DNA of 64,000 bases from Eledone cirrhosa (Eukaryota): contig OZ024742.1 in assembly GCA_964016885.1 (NCBI GenBank), positions 279,868,001 to 279,932,000 of the forward strand, in the 5' to 3' direction. Every line of letters starts with the position of its first letter. Positions within the stretch are counted from its first letter, which is position 1. The translations under genes were made by a program, and so were the position numbers. Below, in pieces: positions 15,126 through 29,515 of this stretch. The notes under the pieces are model-generated. The model searched no databases and was not told the DNA's origin. It was given only the letters and a program-made list of their open reading frames with translations.

Positions 15126-15848
15126 AGAACCCACAAACACACACAAACTGATGCTTGAACCAACGATAATGCAATTTCGTAAAGCAGATCCTCTTAAAAT
15201 CCCGAGTCTGTGTATCCGGTTTAGAATGAGTACACCATATACGTCTGTATCGTAAGAGGTGACACAATGTACTAGAGGACTGGCGGCAAGAATCACATTC
15301 ACCGATAAAACGCTGCCTCAAAATGGAGCCATGATACGTACGAAGCCTATTACGGCCCTCGTAAAGCTAATTCAGTAAAAAGTTGACTATAAAACACTGT
15401 ATCCCCGAGCATGTCATAATCTATCAGGCTGAGAAAAGGTACATTGAATAGGAACCGAGAGTTTTAAGAGGCGACTAAAAGTGTTTACGTCAGGAAGGTA
15501 ATCCAGTTATAAAAAGGACATCAGGATTAGTATGTAGCTAGTCATATAGCCCGCAGAATTACACTCTACTCTAGTATGAAAAAAAGAAGCATTCAAATAA
15601 TTTGATGTTAAGGTTTTTCTCATTGTAACTTCGCTCAACTAACACATTACCATGCTATGAGATGCAGTAGAAAAAGTGACACCCCTGTCCATGATATGTT
15701 ATGATCATCGCAAGAAATTGCGCAACTGGCATTTGTTTCATTCCCAAAATAATAGAATAATACGGAATCCAATTTGTTTGCTATATATATCAATTATTTT
15801 TTATGTTTGAGTGTGTTTAAGAACTCACACTCTCTCACTATATATATA

Positions 15849-16217
15849 CAGAGTAGCCCCGGCATTCGCAGTCCTAACATTTGCGATCCCGGTTATATGC
15901 GGAATTTTCCTTAGCATCTAACTAATAATTGTTCGTGGAGACCACTGCATATTCGCGGAATCGTAAATATCTTCCACGTTTTTTTAATGGCTTGTTTCGT
16001 GGCAACATATATATTTTTAACTCTAAACTATGATTAACAATATGCCGTATTTGCCGGCCTATTGCATGCCTCATAAGACGCTCCCTCGTTTTTATTATAT
16101 TTTACGTTTATATTATGACATTTATAGGCATTTTTATGGGGCACATCCAATACTCGCGGTTTTTCATTATTCGCGGGTAGTCTAGGAACGTAACCCCAGC
16201 GAATACCGGAGAAACAA

Positions 16218-16220
<3 letters not shown>
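15849..16220. mobile_element. Tigger/pogo-like (Tc1-mariner) MITE
   Basis: Imperfect TIRs CAGAGTAGCCCCGGCATTCGC / GCGAATACCGGAGAAACAACTG, flanked by TA. Confidence 0.65.
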
Positions 16221-16313
<93 letters not shown>

Positions 16314-16544
16314 ATATTTACATACATATATACGTGTGTCAGTCCGTATGCTTCTCCGATGTCTATTTCCACTAAGCTTTATTCTTATACAAGCATATGC
16401 AATACGATACTAGTTTTAAGCTCGAATCTCTACACATTTGAGTCACTGATGTAGCCTCATGACTACTACAATTAATCTAAAACGCGTGTTATTCAACTAG
16501 AATTAGTGATATTTATTTCGCTTGTTGTACAATCAAATCTATCA

Positions 16545-17082
16545 TTGGCAGTGTCGGTAGAGGGTCTGACGCCATGATTTGACGCATTGAGTTACAGCTC
16601 TTGCCATTCTGAGTTCAAATCCCGCCGAGGTTAACGTTGCCTTTCATCCTTAAGGGGTGGATAAAATAAAGTATTAGGCAGGCACAGGGGTCGATTTAAT
16701 CAACTTTCCCCTCCCGGAAGAAATTGCTGGCCTTGTACCTATATAAGAAACCATTTTTTGGTGGATTGGCTGTATCGGTAGAGGGTCTGACGCCATGCTT
16801 TGACGCATAGAGTTACGGCACTTGCCATTCTGAGTTCAAATCCCGCCGAGGTTAACTTTGACTTTCATCTTTACGTGATCGATAAAATAAAGTACCAGTA
16901 ATACACTGGGTATTTGATGGCCTTGTGCCCAAAATAGAAACAATCATTTATGGCGCTTCACGCTCTCAGTTCAAATCTCGCCGAGGTTAACTGTGCCTTT
17001 CATTCTTACGGGGTCGATAAAATAAAGCACCAGTAATACACTGAGATAATTGCCGGCCTTGTGCCAAAAGGTAGAAACAATT
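16545..17082 (+). mobile_element. Three tandem SINE copies (16545-16755, 16764-16943, partial 16964-17082)
   Basis: Repeated SINE core, head to tail. Confidence 0.85.
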
Positions 17083-17157
17083 ATTTCACACATCCCCACC
17101 ATTCATATATATATATGCGGTGCCCCATCATGGCCTTAGCCGGATGGCTGGAACAGG

Positions 17158-17218
<61 letters not shown>

Positions 17219-17221
<3 letters not shown>

Positions 17222-17765
17222 CGTTTCTGATTTGTTTAGCAAGATTCTTTATCTGAAAACGTGTGTTAAAACCGATATTGTTATGCTTTGGGAGGGTCAT
17301 GTTGCCAATAAGAACCACACGCACCAGTCGTTTCACTTCAATTTATTATAAATTAAATTTATAAATTTAGGAATTTATAAATTTCCGGTTGGTTGGTTGG
17401 TTCCACAACCAGACGATTTTTCATATATTGTCAAATTTCTTTCGTCACACATTCTGTGACCTCTTCAGTAACTGGGGATTCTTTTATTTGTTTTTGTGCC
17501 TCTCCTTTGTTCTGTCCTACGCCATCTTGTTTCAGATCAAAGGAGAGGCACAAAAACAAAGAAAAGAATCCCCAGTCACTGAAGAGGTCACATAATGTGT
17601 GACGAAAGAACTTTGACAATATATGAACAATCGTCTGGTTGTGGAACCAACCAACCGACCGGAAATTTATAAATTCCTAAATTTATAAATTTAATTTATA
17701 ATAAATTGAAGTGAAGGCAACTGGTGCTTGTGTTTCTTATTGGCAACATGACCCTCCCAAAGCAT

Positions 17766-17772
<7 letters not shown>
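17219..17772. mobile_element. Fold-back element, family A, with divergent hammerheads
   Basis: Arms ~17275-17509 and ~17538-17772, ~55-nt tail on the left only, (TA)n on both sides. Confidence 0.85.
17575..17617 (+). ncRNA. Minimal hammerhead ribozyme (partner at 17430-17472 minus)
   Basis: GTCA-CTGAAGA-GGTCACAT-aat-GTGTGAC-GAAA-GAAC-TT-TGAC. Confidence 0.75.
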
Positions 17773-17834
<62 letters not shown>

Positions 17835-18800
17835 TATACTATATAGAGGGAGGGCTTTATTATTATTATTTGCAGTGGTCTAGGTATAATTAAATTCCTG
17901 TTTATATGTTCCTTTTAAACCTCCAGCAAATTTGGATGCCGATTGTACTAAACAATTATCGATGTTTTTGCTGTTGTTGTTGTTCTCATAACGGAAGCAA
18001 ATATTTTGTGTGTGCTTGTGCGAGGCAAGGTGCTTTTTGATGTGTGCATGTGCTTTTTGATTTGTGCGTACGTGGTTTGTGTGCGTGTGTGTCTGGGTGG
18101 ATAATAGTCTTTTCAGAGTGATATCCGAATGATTTTTCTTTTAATTCAGCACTATGGGCAACCCGTAATTTACAGATAAATCTCCATTGTGTTTCTTTTA
18201 TTATTATCATTGATGACAGTGGTGTGGTTGGGTGTGTTTTTTTTTCGTGGTAGTGGTAGTGTTTGCCCCGAGTGAGAAGACTTACTGTGAAACGCATTCT
18301 GCTACCCTTCTGTAAATTATATCCGGTAAGAATGTACCTATGTTTTCATCCCAGGGGCAAACTGTAATTCACAAATTATTCTTAATTTTGTGTTTGTTGT
18401 TGCTGTTGTTTGTCCTAATAGAGAACATGTACGTAGAAAACCAACTTAGAAAGTCATTCTGCTTGAATTTGCAGATAAAACCCGGTGCGAATTTTAGGCT
18501 TATTTCTATCCAAGGGCCGAAACACTCGCTTAAGTGTGGTTTCTTCTCAGAAGACCTTCTGCTGTCTAGCTCTTCTGTGTGTTTCTTACCACTAACTCAC
18601 GGTGCGTTGGTATAATATATTATATATATCGTTATTTATAATTAGTAGATTTTCTATCGCAATTTGTAAACAATAGCGTCGTAAACAACAGACTTCCAAA
18701 GGCAAAAGCGGATTTATATTGCAAGGCAACGATATGTTTTTCATTTTATTTATTTATTTATTTTTTTTGCTAGGGCGTGTGCATATTAAACTCGCGCACG

Positions 18801-18836
<36 letters not shown>

Positions 18837-19230
18837 CACACGGACACACGGACACCCACGAACAAATAAAAACACACACATATACACACACACACACACC
18901 ACAGAACACCAGTGCACAACCACACACATGTACACAGGGAAACAAACATGTGCACATGCACATACGTGCGCTCACACACGTACCCAACCACATACGCACC
19001 TTTGACTGATACAATATGTCGTTAAAGGAAATAAATTTAAAAAACAGGCCTTGGAATAGCAATTTCCTAGGATGTAGGGTAACACTTGTATATACTTTAC
19101 ACGTTGTACCTACTGACAGATTGGGGACTGGGGGCGTCGGACTGATGTTTCTCACACCCAAGGGCATTGCATATCACCGGCGATAATATATTTGAGCGAA
19201 TTCTTCACATGTAAAGTTTATTTTCATTAT

Positions 19231-19400
19231 CAGTAGAGGGTCGGACGCCATGCTTTGACGCATAGAGTTACGCCCCTTTCCATTCTGAGACCAAATCCTG
19301 CCGAGGTCAACTTTGCATTTCATCCTTACGGGGTTGATACAATAAAGTACCAGTAATGCACTGAGTAATTGCTGGCCTTGTGCCAAAAGTAGAAATAATT
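19231..19400 (+). mobile_element. SINE
   Basis: Same core as the other copies. Confidence 0.8.
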
Positions 19401-19427
19401 ATATATATATATGTAAGTATGCATACG

Positions 19428-19512
<85 letters not shown>

Positions 19513-19869
19513 GGTATATATTGAGTTAGGAACTCAAAATAGTCTCTGGCTGCTATTTTTAGTGGTGTGGGTTTGAGAGACTCGCTAGGACGACATGTGC
19601 GCTGTTTTATATTTTATATATAGCATACATATGAGCTTGGATTAGTATTTCTATTCACAATTATCTTTGCCAAACAAGAACAAGTTGTCTAGGTGATTGG
19701 TAGTTACCACAATTCCTGTTTGTATTTATTTTCTTAATTTTTTCTTAAATTGAAACAAGCGAACCCAATTGTCTATAGTTAGTATTCTTTTCACCTTAGC
19801 GAATCAGGTCCCTTACGATTTAAATACATATATCTATATATCGGTGTTCATTTTTCTTTTATATTCTAT

Positions 19870-20080
19870 TATATATCAACTAGAAATAGATTGAAATATA
19901 TATATATATAAAATAAACATATGGAACAATCACGGGGAGTAATTTGTAAAGAATGTAAGCACACATAGCTAGGTAGGTAACCAATTAACTGCTCGGATCT
20001 ATTCATTGGAATCTTTGAGCTTATTCTGCAGTGGTTATGGCGCATGTCTCTCAGACATGACAACCCTTAATTTAATTTTG
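19870..20080. mobile_element. Family B element: arm plus inverted tail, no duplicated arm
   Basis: 19871-19988 matches 42361-42475; 19993-20080 is the reverse complement of 42266-42353. Confidence 0.75.
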
Positions 20081-20659
20081 GATATATATATATATATATA
20101 GACATATGTGCGTGTGTATATATATATATATATGTGTGTACGTATGCATACTTACATTCATGTATCATCTGAGCTAGGGCGAGAAATAGAATTCTTATAT
20201 ATATATATATTATACATTAATACAGGTATCCACAAACACATTTGCCAGTGTTTGTATATATTTTATACGTGACTAGCAACCAGCACAATATGTCAAAACA
20301 TGACACCAACCTTACCGACAGCATCCCCACCTCCAACATCACTACCACAATCCCCTTCTTCCACTCCTTTGTGGTCATCATCATCATCATCATCATCATT
20401 TTTATACGTGGTTTATTGGTTTAAAAGTAAAAAAAATGTTTCGAATCACACACCACATTGTCATAAAAAAAAGAACATATCGAATATTGTATTGTGTTGT
20501 AAAAAGTATAGGGTAAAACTGTGGGTCATGCCTGGGATAGGTTTGATAATCAAATTTGGTTTAAAGTTGACCTGGTACTAAACCATAACACAGATACCAA
20601 CACTTGTCAATGTTTGTGTATACATTATACGTGCCGCGTAGATAGCGCAATTTGACACA

Positions 20660-20990
20660 TGATACCATGCCTTGATAATCACCATCATCATCATAACGAT
20701 CATCATTATAACCATCATTATCGTAGCCATCATCATCATCACAGCGCCACCAACATCTATACCACCACCAACAAAAATAACAACAACAACCACAACAACA
20801 TCAACACACATCACCATCATAAAAAAAACATTATCAGAACAAGCACCACCACCACCACTGTCACACATAATTACAACTACAAGCATCAATCCCAACATCA
20901 CAACCACCACCAGCATCAAAGCCACTACCACTACGACCATAAACATCACCATATTTAACATCGTCATCATCATTATACTTATCATACTCA
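20660..20990. repeat. Mixed (CAT/CAC/CAA)n low-complexity tract (similar tract at ~3260-3440)
   Basis: Trinucleotide low-complexity sequence. Confidence 0.8.
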
Positions 20991-21032
20991 TAGGTTTTAG
21001 GTAAATGGCAAATGGGATGGTATTATCTCGTA

Positions 21033-21208
21033 ATTGGCAGTATTGGTAGAGGGTCAGACATGCTTTCCAGCGTAGTTACGTCCCTTTACGATCTGAGTTC
21101 AAATCCCGCCGAGGTTAACTGTGCCTTTCACCCTTATGGGGTCGATACAATAAAGTACCAGTAATGTACTGGCTAATTGCTGGCCTTGTGCCAAAAGTAG
21201 AAACAATT
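21033..21208 (+). mobile_element. SINE
   Basis: Same core. Confidence 0.8.
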
Positions 21209-21974
21209 ATCTCGTAAGGCGGGATTTAAATTCAGAGAGTAGAGAACTGAGACAACTACTGCTAAAAATTCTAAGCGACGTTCTAACGACCTTGCCAATA
21301 GGCCGTATTGGTAAATGGCGTTAGAAACGTCGTGGACTAAGCTGAAAGGTTTGAGTTCAGGTTGCCACATGCTATAATTCTGTTTCCTAGTGTCCGTAAT
21401 TACCAAATCTTCCTAACAGTTAAAGTCCAAATATCTCGGAAGCCTTATCTGTAGTTACAGACAACTCACGTCAGCTTAATTCTAACATAAATGACACATA
21501 AATTGGTTTAGAGAAAGAAATTGTTCATATATAAAAAGAGAATTTTAACAAATGTATTGTAATGTCTTTTAATCCATTTTCAAAATACTTTCATTAGTGT
21601 TATCTTCTGTTTGGTAATATATTAATGTACTGAATTGTATTTAGATATAGAGGAATCTCTTTGAACCGTTCTATTTATTCTACCGTAAAAGATTATATTT
21701 CAAATGGTTCATGTATTTGTATGTTTATGTATATATATTGCAGAATATATTCATACATATATATATATGTGGGGGGTGTGTATGTGTATGTGTGTGTGTG
21801 TGTTTGTGTGTGCGTGTGTGTATGTGTGCATGTGTGTGTGCGTGAGTGTGTGCAGAAACCTCCTGATTTAGATGTTTCCTTGTCAGTCGCATGGTCATAT
21901 ATACACACACACACGCACATACATATACATAGACACACACATACACACAAACACACACACACATACATATATAT

Positions 21975-22045
<71 letters not shown>

Positions 22046-22054
22046 CATATATAT

Positions 22055-22153
<99 letters not shown>

Positions 22154-22156
22154 TAT

Positions 22157-22248
<92 letters not shown>

Positions 22249-23000
22249 ATATATTACAGACCGTTCTGAGCGGCTATATATATATCAATAAAGGAATATA
22301 TATATATATCTTTCTTTATTGATATATATATTTAGCCGCTCAGAACGTTCTGTTTATTGCTTTTAACAAGGTCAGAAGGTGACATATATGTTGCTATAGC
22401 ACTTCTAGTCTCTGGCTGAAAATCAACGTAGCATGACGGTGAATTTCTTAAAGGGATTAGATATTAGTAGTGTAAAGTATTATAAAACCAGCGGCAAAGA
22501 AGTATGAATAGTTATAATGGTAAATAAATGAAGAAAAGTAAGAAAGAAATACAGCGTTATGCATGTGTAATGGTACGAAAATTGAATAATTCTAATTCTG
22601 ACGTAAGTAATTAGTTAAAAAGCAAATAATTAATTAAAAGTAGGTAATTGGTTAAAAACACATATTCACGTGTCCGTATATGGGTTTATATTAAGTTTAA
22701 GTTTAGGGACAATAAATTCGATGGGCTGGCCTTATCACGAGCTCGACGGAGCCACTCTTCACCAGCTCCCCAGGATCTAGGAGAAGGTTAATGCGGTCGA
22801 GTAGATTCACTATAGGAAAATAGGGAAAGCTTTCTTGAACAATATGTTTAATTTATTCTAAGCACTCCATGTAGCGAACCAAATTCCTGCTTACCAATAG
22901 TAGGTGTTCCATGTTGTAATGTATACCAGATAATAAGAGCTAGCGATAGGAGTATTCATGGCACGAGCGATTGTATACGGAGTATACAAGTTTTTAGGTG

Positions 23001-23156
23001 GATTGGCAGTATCGGTAGAGGGTTGGACGCCATGCTTCCCTGAGTTCAAATCCCGCCGAGGTTAACTTTGCTTTTCATCCTTACGGGGACGATAGAATAA
23101 AGTACCAGTAATATACTGCGATAATTGCTGGTCTTGTGCCAAGCGTAGAAACAATT
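23001..23156 (+). mobile_element. SINE with internal deletion
   Basis: Same core. Confidence 0.8.
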
Positions 23157-23840
23157 AAATTAGTTTTAATCATTAAATTAGTATTTTTAAATATTTACAA
23201 ATTTCTATAATACAATTCCTAAACTTATCTACATAAATTAAAAATAAAGTTTTTTTTTTCTTCGAGTGATTATGGGCAAAGTGTAAACGTGGTCCATGGG
23301 TAAAAAAAAAATGTTGAGAACCACTGGTATATACTCATCGTGCTACCTCCTGCTAATGGCAATATCAGTAGCAACGCCATCTGTTCTAACTATAAGAAAG
23401 AATCACAATTGTACATAATAAAAGGAAGAAGCATGAGGGCGGTAAATAAATTGCGAAGCGTAAATAATTATGATACTAAGTAATAAATGTAAGTAATTAT
23501 ATAAAAGCAATTAATTGAAAAAGTCGGTGATAGGTATATAGTAAAATGGAGTCGCGTAATATAAAAAAATACAAATTATATATGAAATATATAAGTATTA
23601 AAAAAATTATAATACAATATATAAAGTAAATGCCATATTACATAATACTTATGGTATATATAGTAATACAGATAAATTATAAAAGATAAATACATTACGA
23701 AGAGTAGATAATCATAATATTAAGTAATAAATGTGAGTAATTAGGTGGAAAAGGGTAATTAATTAGAGAAGTAGGTATTGGTATGGAGTTCATATGAAGT
23801 CGCGTGGTTCAAAAATTGCAAATCACAAATGAAATTTAAT

Positions 23841-24021
23841 TGTTTTTACTTTTGGCACAAGGCCAGCAATTATCCCAGTGTATTACTGGTACTTTATTTT
23901 ATCGACCCTGTAAGGATGAAAGGCAAAGTTAACCTCGGCGGGATTTGAACTCAGAATGGCAAGGGCCGTAACTCTGTGCTGCAAAGCATGGCGTCAGACC
24001 GTCTACCGATACTGCCAATCC
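23841..24021 (-). mobile_element. SINE
   Basis: Reverse complement of the core. Confidence 0.8.
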
Positions 24022-26056
24022 ATACAAGTTATAAGAAGTCCATATACTATCACTTTGATTCATTGCTATTCCCGATCGGGTTGATGTTTTGAGGGTCGGA
24101 ACCTTTTCAAGTGGGTCACCTCAGCCTAAGGTGGTGGTGCATCTGCTTATATTCGTCGGTATCAATCAAATTCTAGGTTATACATTATTTGAAGTTGAGA
24201 GTATTATATAATTTCCTTTTTTATATAGTCTCCATCTCGTCAAGTCGAAAGCGGGGATGCTCTGTGTGTTAGATTACTACTATATATAGAAGTGTGTTAC
24301 CGAAAGGATATTTTTATACGGGTAACTAAGTGTAATAAATTTAGTGAGTAAAAACCTCAATCCCTCATTACACCAGAAAGCGCTCAATGATAAGAGGAGC
24401 CAAATTACATTTCCGTTGGATATTTTAACTAATGGGTAGAAAATGGTTAATAGGATTAGCAGATAATGATATAATCAAAAAAGCACCCAACGTTATGCAT
24501 ATCATCCATTGTAGATGTGGAATCTCCTGGTTGGTGCAGGAACAGAGTTAAATGATTTAATGAAAGAAGAAGTCTGGATTCGAATACTATCAATTAGTTT
24601 GATACTCACGAATATGATCAGATGAACCTGATTATGTCGCTAACAAGAAACCCCCACATATTGTCGAGTATGTGGCTGTCGGTAGCGCCTCCATATTAAA
24701 TACGTTCTCTGTTTATATTTGAGTTATCCTGTTATTGATTAGGTGAATCCTGTTATTAATTTGTGAATCAATGCTCCTGATGTCGCCACATGTAAGATAT
24801 ATGATACGCATAACGTTGAGTACTTTTGGAATTGCATCAAGATCTGCTAATCAGAATGCCAGGATCTGCACATTAGTTAAACCATCCAACATGAATGGAA
24901 CATATATGTAATAACAGTATAATAAGCGAGTTTTTGCTCCGTTATTTTACTTGGTATTTGCTCCTTGCGCTCTCTCTGCTGTTGAGCACCATAAATTGAA
25001 TAGAATAGGCTGCCATTTCTAGCAGCTTGTTCTGTTCATGCCACCGGTTACTGCCCCGCGCATGCATTTCCTTTATGTCTACACGTGCGAAATGTAGTTT
25101 AATTTAGTTCTCTCTAGTAGTGCGGACAATATCGGCCTTCCACATGCTGATGACCCACCGGGCCGTATTGGAACCCACTAAAATGGCGAAACAATTTCCT
25201 GGTGAGTGAGTACATATGTGATTTAGATGAGGTTGGTTTCTCATTTTAATTTACACTTTTAATTTTAATGTTTTACCAATGCCTCTAGTAGCTTATATTC
25301 TCCTCGCGCTGGTGGTTCGAAATTCCTGTAATGAAAAACACTCTTCTGTGTCTTTCCCCTCTATATATTGTATTTTAAAGGGCCCAGGAAAACTATTTGC
25401 TTTGAGCTCATTTAATTACAGGATTATACGCGAGTCCTTTGCCTCGTTATTTTACTATACGATCATAAAATTATATATATAAATATATATATATATAATT
25501 TTATGAGCGTATAGACACACACGCACACATACACGCACACATACACGCACACACGCACACACACACAAACGCACACATACATACACACATACATTCTAAA
25601 AGTATTGTGTTTAGATTATCTCTCTCTATATATATAGAACGAAACTTGGTATCAGTTCGACTCTCTGTATGTATACTCGTGTAGATATATAGGTATACTT
25701 CTTCGTTTAAAATATGTGGGGGGGGGGCAGTGCCTATGTATGTGTGCATGCGTGTGCATCTGTATATACAACATTAATATTCTTCCGAGGTCAAAATATG
25801 TACCTACACTGAGAATTAACTAAAACCAGGCTTTCGATTTATATAGAAAGGTTTAAGATGTACGGAGTGCGGCGTATTGAGAGGATGAGAAGGAGAGAGA
25901 AAGGTATCGTAAGTATATTTGTGTAGTGTGGTCATGAACATACACTCATATATACATCTGTATGTATATATATATATATATAGGAAAATGGTCAAGACCC
26001 CGTCGGCAGAGTTCAAGCCGTTTCGATGGCTATTTCTGGACTGTACGAATACATGT

Positions 26057-26116
<60 letters not shown>

Positions 26117-26125
<9 letters not shown>

Positions 26126-26566
26126 TTAAATAAATGGAAACTATATTTATAAAAGCATATTTATTTTATTAAATATATTTCAAGGGCACCAAGACATATT
26201 GGTACGCTTTCATCAGATAAAATACAAAGTTTGTTTTATAAATAGAGACATACCCATAAAAATCATACCTTATCAGTTGGAAATTCACTGGATAGTGACT
26301 ATCCAGAGAATTTCCAACCGAGAAGGTATAATTTTTATGGGTATGTCTCTATTTATAAAACAAACTTTGTATTTTATCTGATGAAAGCGTACCTATGTTG
26401 TCTTGGTTGCCCTTGAAATATATTTAATAAAATAAATATGCTTTTGTAAATATAGTTTCCATCTATTTATTATCATTTAATATTTAATCCAGTAAATTGT
26501 TGAGTGCTCTAAAACAGTTATACACAATTATATTTGTCGGACTTCCAACAAATTAAATAGCCCTTC

Positions 26567-26570
<4 letters not shown>
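26117..26570. mobile_element. Fold-back element with 1-nt loop and divergent hammerheads
   Basis: Centre CTGGATAGT-G-ACTATCCAG at 26288-26306; arms ~175 bp; ~90-nt right tail; hammerhead motifs at 26163-26223 (minus) and 26371-26433 (plus: ATTTTAT-CTGATGA...GAAATATATTTA-ATAAAAT). Confidence 0.8.
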
Positions 26571-26615
<45 letters not shown>

Positions 26616-26621
26616 AATATT

Positions 26622-26716
26622 ATTTCGTTTCTGAATTTGTTTAGCAAGATTCTTGATCTGAAAACTGGTGCGTGTGTTTCTTATTGGCAACATGACCCTC
26701 CCAAAGCATAACAATA
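26622..26716. mobile_element. Family A element: tail plus inverted arm end
   Basis: Same two termini as 5338-5730 and 17219-17772, joined directly. Confidence 0.75.
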
Positions 26717-27435
26717 TATATATATATAAACATGAGAAGAAAGAAGAATCTGCGTGGTTGCACATGGGTTACATGTGATAAAAATAGTCCTTCGTCAGTG
26801 ATTTTCCAACCATCATTGCTATTTCATCGCATTAAAAATCATATACCTCACGTTGGTGCGAGCAATAACTAAAAAAATTTATTGGGACCAGTAAATTGCG
26901 TAAAGCGAGGGGGACAAGTAAACAACATAGAAGGATAAAAGCAAACCAAAGATAGGAAAATAAACAAGCAACATGGTTGTCCGGTCAGCATAAGCTGTGT
27001 GGATTTCATGAACGAGAGAGTTACAGACCGTCCGAGGTGAGTGAGATGTAAGCAAGAAGAGACCCACTACAAGCCAAACGGGAGGAAGTGAGAAGGGGAG
27101 AAACAGAGAGTCAGTGAGTGGAAGTGCGAGGAAGAGGTCAGTCGAGAGCAAGTGTAACTGTCAGAGGGGGCGAAAGAAGGTGAGAGAAACAGAGAGAGCG
27201 GGGAAGCAGTAAGAGAGAAACAGACAAACGCAGCCGAGGTAAATATATATAAAAAACATGAGAAGAAAGAAGAATACTGCGTGGTTGCACATGGGTTACA
27301 TATGATAAAAATAGGCCTTCGTATATATATATTAACCTGTTAGTTCTTACGTTACTTTGGTATTTTATGGTTGGGTATTGCCTACTGCAATGTTCAATTT
27401 GTCAAGCTATTTAAACGTATGTTATTAATCTAAGG

Positions 27436-27612
27436 TTGGCAGTATCGGTAGAGGGTCTGACGCTAGCTTTGCAGCAAAGAGTTACGCCCCTTTATGGTTT
27501 GAGTTCAAATCCCGCCGAGGTTAACTTTGCCTTTCATCCTTACGGGGTCGATAAAATAAAGTACCAGTAATGCACTGGATAATTGCTGGCCTTGTGCCAA
27601 AAGTAGAAACAG
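27436..27612 (+). mobile_element. SINE, probable TSD TTATTAATCTAAGG
   Basis: Same core; GTTATTAATCTAAGG occurs at ~27421-27435 and again at ~27612-27626. Confidence 0.85.
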
Positions 27613-27728
27613 TTATTAATCTAAGGACCTAGCCTTATTGAGTGCTTTGCTAATTCATTCCTATTGTAGGTCGACTTTGCTTAACCTCAGCCAAAGCTTC
27701 GATTTTACTAAGCTTCCACTTGTATATA

Positions 27729-27893
27729 TAGGGAGCCCCTACATGGACACAATAGAAGAGGAAGACCAAAGTTAACGTATGTTGATGCCCTAAGGACAGA
27801 CACTGGTCTGTTGGAGACGCAGGACATGGCAGCGATAATGAGGGACAGAGACCTCTGGAGAGAACTCGTCCATGGATCTCGGGAATTTACCCG

Positions 27894-27896
<3 letters not shown>
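27729..27896 (+). mobile_element. 3' fragment of the same RTE-like LINE
   Basis: Near-identical to the reverse complement of 6035-6200; ends in (TA)n. Confidence 0.8.
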
Positions 27897-27966
<70 letters not shown>

Positions 27967-28875
27967 TGTGTGTGTGTGTGTGTGTATGTGTGTGTGTATG
28001 TGTGTGTGTGTGTGTGTGCGGTTGTGTTTGTCTGTTTGCGTGCGTGTCTGTATATGTAGGAATATATATTTGTATATATGTAGAAATTGAATATAGGGGG
28101 AAAGGGAACGACTTCATAAAAGAAGGTCAATTTGTTGGTATGTACTTATCTCCCCCTACTCTCCATTTATAATATCCCTTACCAAAGACCTGTTTCAATT
28201 AAACGTGTCAATAAACAGATAAACTTAGATTCACTACGGATAGAACATGTGTCTCTGGGAATTAAATAAACAACACAGACCTCATAGCAAAATAATACAC
28301 TACTACTACTACTACTACTACTACTAAAAAGAATGATATAAAATGTATACCTAAATGACTGAAAATGATACTACTACACTTTGATGGTTAAGGCTTAGCT
28401 CTTTTTGTTCTTAAAATCCCAAGTTCGTGCTTGACTTCAATGCAAGTGACCTACACCAAACCCTTTATTTAAAATGCATTCATCTGTCCTATTATTTCCG
28501 TTTACCCCCGTTTTTGGTGGGGACGTTGTGATTTATCTAAGGCTTATTTATTTTTATATTTTAGTAAGGGTTTTTACGTTTATTTACATTTGGTAAGTCT
28601 CGTATTAGTATTTGTTTCGGTGTCTGTATTTTATTTTAATTTTATGAGTATTTATTATTATTATTATTATTATATTTATTATTATTATTTTTATTTTATT
28701 TTTATTGTTTTGCTTTTCATTGAAAATAAATATAAAGCGTATGGATGATGTTAACATTAAGGAGAAAATGTGAACAAAAACAGGATGTCGTGGCTGGAAG
28801 TTAATAGAAAATATTAAATCACCTCCTCACCTGAGCCTAGTCCTGAGATAAAGAATGATCAAATAATGATGTCTA

Positions 28876-29074
28876 GTATAGGAACAAGGCCAGTAATTTG
28901 GAAGAGGGTAAAGTCGATTTAATCGACACAGTACGTTACTGGTGCATTATTTTATTCACCCCGTAAGGATGAAAGGCAAAGTTAACCTCGGCCGGATTTG
29001 AACTTAGACCGCAAAGGGCCGTAACTCTATACTGCAAAGCATGGTGTCCGTCGCTCTACCAATACTGCCAATCC
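28876..29074 (-). mobile_element. SINE
   Basis: Reverse complement of the core. Confidence 0.8.
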
Positions 29075-29515
29075 AAATAATGGAAACTACATTCATATAT
29101 ACAGAGAGACACTTGCACACAGGTTCACACACACAAGCACACACATACATACCAATATTTATGTATATCTGTATATCTGTTCATACATGTTTTGTAAAGA
29201 CACTTTTACTACAATATCAAGCATTAAACTATTTTTTCATGGTACTATGTTGTTTGTTTTGTTGTTTCCATTTACCTTTTGAACACACACACACACACGA
29301 TCTGTGTAACATCAGCATCTTTCTTAATGTTATTCTTATACTGAATCTCCATCGTAACTACAAACTACGAATGTAAAGAGCTTTGCTCCTGTTTTTTTAA
29401 AAAAGCAACTACCGAATACAATATATATATATACATACATGCACACACACACGCACACAAACACACACACATACACACGCACACATATATATACACACAC
29501 ACACACATGTATATA

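Noticed and set aside
16545-17082. CRISPR-like or tRNA array
   Set aside because: Tandem SINE copies; no repeat-spacer structure and no cloverleaf
24060-25100. Complex sequence that might be a host exon
   Set aside because: No sustained ORF or recognisable motif on either strand
25141-25206. CTGATGA...GAAACAATTTC hammerhead-like motif
   Set aside because: Stems I and II do not pair convincingly; at best a decayed copy
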